Origin: Paraphysomonas bandaiensis
Lineage: Eukaryota > Protista > Chrysophyceae
Assembly: GCA_965644295.1 (NCBI GenBank)
Contig: CBFFRP010000238.1
Span: 124,001 to 188,000, forward strand
Direction of reading: 5' to 3'
DNA length: 64,000 nt
The notes below the pieces were generated by a model. It ran no database searches and was not told where the DNA came from. It saw only the letters and a list, made by a program, of their open reading frames with translations. This document shows, piece by piece, positions 60,216 through 64,000 of this stretch (the first letter of the stretch is position 1; each line of letters starts with the position of its first letter). Both the position numbers and the translations under genes were made by a program.

Positions 60216-63200
60216 CTACAGTGTTATTTCCATTATAGCATCTTCATCTTCGTTATTCTGAGGAAAAGTCCCTAGTTCAATTCCTGGTGCTATCGCAGAC
60301 AAACGGCTAAACATCGAAGAAGAAAAGGATGGTTTGCTCGATACGAATTCGTCAAACACGATATGGTCATCGAACTCATCGCCGTGGTCTGAACCAGACA
60401 GCAATAAGGCATGATCATTTCCATAAAGGCAACCGCATTTCTTCAATATCACCACGACCATAATTACAAATCCGATAGCTACGACTACCCCAGTGGCTGG
60501 ATGTAATTAGTCATTGTATTTAACAAAAAAATGCCTGATATATTTACCTATCAAAGATGAAGTCGCACCCCCAACAGCTCTGTTACCACCACCGGAGAGA
60601 GATGAGCCACCACTGTCGGAGCTATTTTGCCCAGAATCGTCCACGTAGTAGTAATAGTACTCATCGTCGTCGTCCCTATTAGAATCATTGCCATCACCAT
60701 TACCACTGGGATTGCCAGTGCTATCGTTTCCGTTATCTTCGCTATCGTTGTCATGTGCGTCGTCAGCGTTGCCTAAGAGGTCATCTCCAACAGGAATGAC
60801 ATCGTTCTCCCACCAGCTTACTTGACACGTTGACGACAGTTCATCAACTTCAGCATACAGTAAATTTAGTTCACTGCTGCTCATACCTTCTAACAAATGT
60901 TGCTTCGGACATACAGCGGCCCTGACGGATGCATAGAAGCACCACACCTCCGATGGACATGACGACACACAAGACTGACCATTAGCAACGCATGTTTTGT
61001 TTCCACTACGAACTTCAATCACACTGCACTTGTCTCCCATTATGTACGCAAGATCAGCACACATTGAAGTTAAGCTAGTATGAAATAGAGCGCTATCCTC
61101 CAAGCAATCTGTTCAAATAATTAGAAAGTTAAAACAAGCAACAAAATGACACTTACTATGCAAACAATTCGACTCAACAAAAGACGACATGTTATTAAAC
61201 CCCCTGAATAGCACAAAATGACGATAATTACGTAAATATATAGGACATACTCTGGAAGCTTCGTCTCCAAAGACACGGGAATAAAATTACATTGGCCTAT
61301 TTCATCACTCAAGGACCTGACGTACTCGTTTTTCCGGTTTTCTAATGTGATGTGTTTGGATTTAGATGTATAACTCTCAGTGGATCGCAATTGAGTGGAA
61401 TAAAATGTGGCATTGAAATGTGTACGGCCATCGGTGCATATACGAACAACTGATGTATTACTCTGGAGTTTTTGTTGACACGTGTGCGATTCTACACACA
61501 TCCATGAACAGCAGAATATGACAACGTTTCAGTTACTACCTGAAAAAATTAAATAAGGCCACGGAGTAGAATCCTGTGCTGTTCGAGCTGGAGCCCCGAA
61601 CGTAGGAGAGTGGACATCATCATTCGTTTCAGACCACAACACAATCTAGGCAAATATTTTCCCCATCATACACGGAATATAAAAAACACACGGTAGCTAT
61701 ATAGTGATATCTAGGTAAATAAGTACCCCGTCATACACGATATTGATAAGTCACATGGTAGTTATAATGTGATAGATTATACGCTTTTCGAAATCAACTC
61801 TTAGTGATGTGTATATGTACCTCATAGCATCCTGACTTCGCTGGAAGACAAATGTTGGACTCTGCAATATCCCCCCATTCCATCGTATCACCAGAAACAA
61901 CATTTCCGCTGCCTGCAATATGATCGGAAGAATCTACAGTGGAAAGTTCGTGAACAGTGTAATACGACCCCACCCATCCCTCCACTGTGGTTTGCCGTAA
62001 CAAAACATCGATTATGATATGGTCCGATCGTTGACAGGTAGTTCGACACACCAGACTAGAGGATTCTACGTCACCAGATCCAGACACCTAACGTATTCAT
62101 AACCATACCATTACACTATTAAACAAATACTATGGAATAGCCATCACGTGGTAGATACGAAGCAGAGACTCACAATGCTATCAATGCAGAATCGTTGAGA
62201 CGTTCTTATAGGAGAAAGAAATACGCCACACTGAGGCAGCACAGACAGAAGTCCCATAGCTGGAATAACCTCAACCGCTCCAGTGGTGCCACTGCGATTC
62301 CACTTCATATTGGCGGTATAGCAACCGACAGGCAAACACGTACTTCATGTCGAGTAGAAACCATTAGGATAGTCAGACATAGTACAACTATTTGTAACCA
62401 ATACTTACGTCTCAAAGTTATACACATTGCTATCATCCAGAGAAGCAGTGAATAAACTGCGTTGAGCGCTATTTCCAGTGTGGACCGATAAAGAATCATT
62501 AGTGTTGAAAATAGTAACTTCCTTGGCCTGGTGTATTTGTCAAGTAACTGGTGGATACACGTAATGAAAATAATACCTCCGATGAAGTTACTTGGCTCCA
62601 GAAGTCAAATATTGCCACATCGACGACAGTTCGACTCTCTTCAGGATTGATACCTGGATTTAATCCTGACCCCACATGACACCGATCGAGAACTTCATCG
62701 GGAGTAACACCCGGTTGCGTAGGTTCCTGTATAGTATTGCCACCTGAAAGTACTGTCACACACTACAACGAAATCAGAACGCTATACCTGCAGCCGTGAT
62801 TACCAAAGAAAAGGACTGGTGAGAGTGTTCTGGAAAGAGCTTCGCCTGTACGATAACGGTCCACTCTCCCTCATCTGGCTTGCTAACAACAATCTATACG
62901 AGTACAATTTGACACACGATTAATAACCATTCATCACCATAGCAAATTGGCAATCTACCTGTTCATTGTTATTTAATACGTCTCTCTGTTCTCCAATCAT
63001 CGGGCTACCGCTGAAATAACATTATAAAAACACAATAAGCTTATTATAAATGGGCGTACAAGTTTTGCGTGTTTCCGTAACGAAAGCGGCCCTACGTACA
63101 TAGCAAACTCAAATAGATTTTGTATATTCAAAGCACATACCGAGGGATCAACGACGGCTAGATCAATATCGTTCAGAAGAACCTATATACACTGTCTTAA

Positions 63201-64000
63201 TTACACGTCAATACAAACTTTTTATCAGTCACGGTGAAGAATAAATCTATCGTTGCTACACTCCGCCCAGGTGATGTACCTTGGCCGCAAACTCAGTGTT
63301 AGGAGGGTCAAACCATGAAAGTGTGATTTTCAAGGGCAATGTACTGTTTACTACTTGTAATCGGTAGGAATATTGGTGGGCTTCGGATACTACTCTCTCA
63401 TCCACGTACAGCACGAAGTCTGAGTTACGTAGTGGGAGGACTTGATCTAGTTTCACTCTTCCGTAACCCTATCAGTATATCAGTCATGCCACTTAATCTG
63501 AAGCAACAAACCTGATAAAAATCTGGAGTAGCAGATGTCGACAATGATTTTAAAGCTTCTGTTCTATCAATATGACCAGATGAGGCTGCACTAGACTCTG
63601 TGGTGATAGGTGTGCCCGAGTGAAGGAGGAGAGCCTTAGTCATAGCTCCACTTGGTTTGAAAGCACCTACATAGACAGGTATGTGAACACGAAAATGCCC
63701 CAAGAAAACAAGCGCTCACACACCTTGTCCACAAAAAGAGTATAATGAATCACATAAAGTCATCCAAAATGCAGGATCAGAAAAGTACTGATGAATCAGG
63801 GCAGCGGAGCCTGCACACAAACAACAGCAACAAAACACACCACGATATTACGCAACTCTACGGCTACAAGGAAAGCGTAATCACCTCCAGCAACTGGTGC
63901 AGACATGCTGGTTCCGGACTTTGAAGTTTTGGAGCAGGATTGACTATCATTATCTTCATCATTTGACCTTGCTGAGTTTGTAGTCCAACCCGGTGCAACA
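60216..64000 (-). CDS. Membrane-anchored subtilisin-like S8 serine protease (KP-43/TagC-like), 5' part beyond the window; many exons
   Basis: Catalytic-Ser motif SGTSMSAPVAG, PSGAMTKALLLHSG, Q|GYGRVKLD, LKITLSWFDPP, LLNDIDL. Cys-rich C-terminal region, D/N-rich linker and TM helix near 60440-60500. Confidence 0.88.

Overview
Eukaryotic nuclear DNA: gene-dense, AT-rich, standard genetic code, with many short GT-AG introns (mostly about 45-100 nt). The N-terminally extended, presequence-type enolase and the general gene style suggest a stramenopile protist; this is an inference. About 20 genes can be reconstructed by manual splicing: membrane-anchored purple acid phosphatase, Derlin, an Ada3-like protein, a PH-containing PI4-kinase, an OTU deubiquitinase, a Kv channel, a lipocalin, a RING-Tudor-BRCT protein, TRAPPC11, an SRRM1-like PWI protein, a DUF3754-like protein, homocysteine S-methyltransferase, a stand-alone PPDK N-domain, a LicD protein, importin-11, gamma-tubulin, enolase, a CoaE-HAD fusion, a PPR-like protein and a partial subtilase. 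Most are in head-to-head pairs. Repeats include 28-bp, 153-bp and 204-bp tandem arrays, microsatellites and hAT-derived elements, one complete with TIRs and an 8-bp TSD. The most unusual observations are: (i) a gapless 36-nt motif in three copies with a covarying enclosing stem, a candidate structured RNA or retroelement 3' end; (ii) a spliced dephospho-CoA kinase/HAD phosphatase fusion; (iii) a PI4K terminal intron whose 5' end encodes the same VLTNG peptide as the next exon; (iv) a truncated, degenerate PPDK; (v) a 204-bp repeat family found as two arrays with the same terminal variant. All gene identities come from motif recognition by eye, with no database searches.
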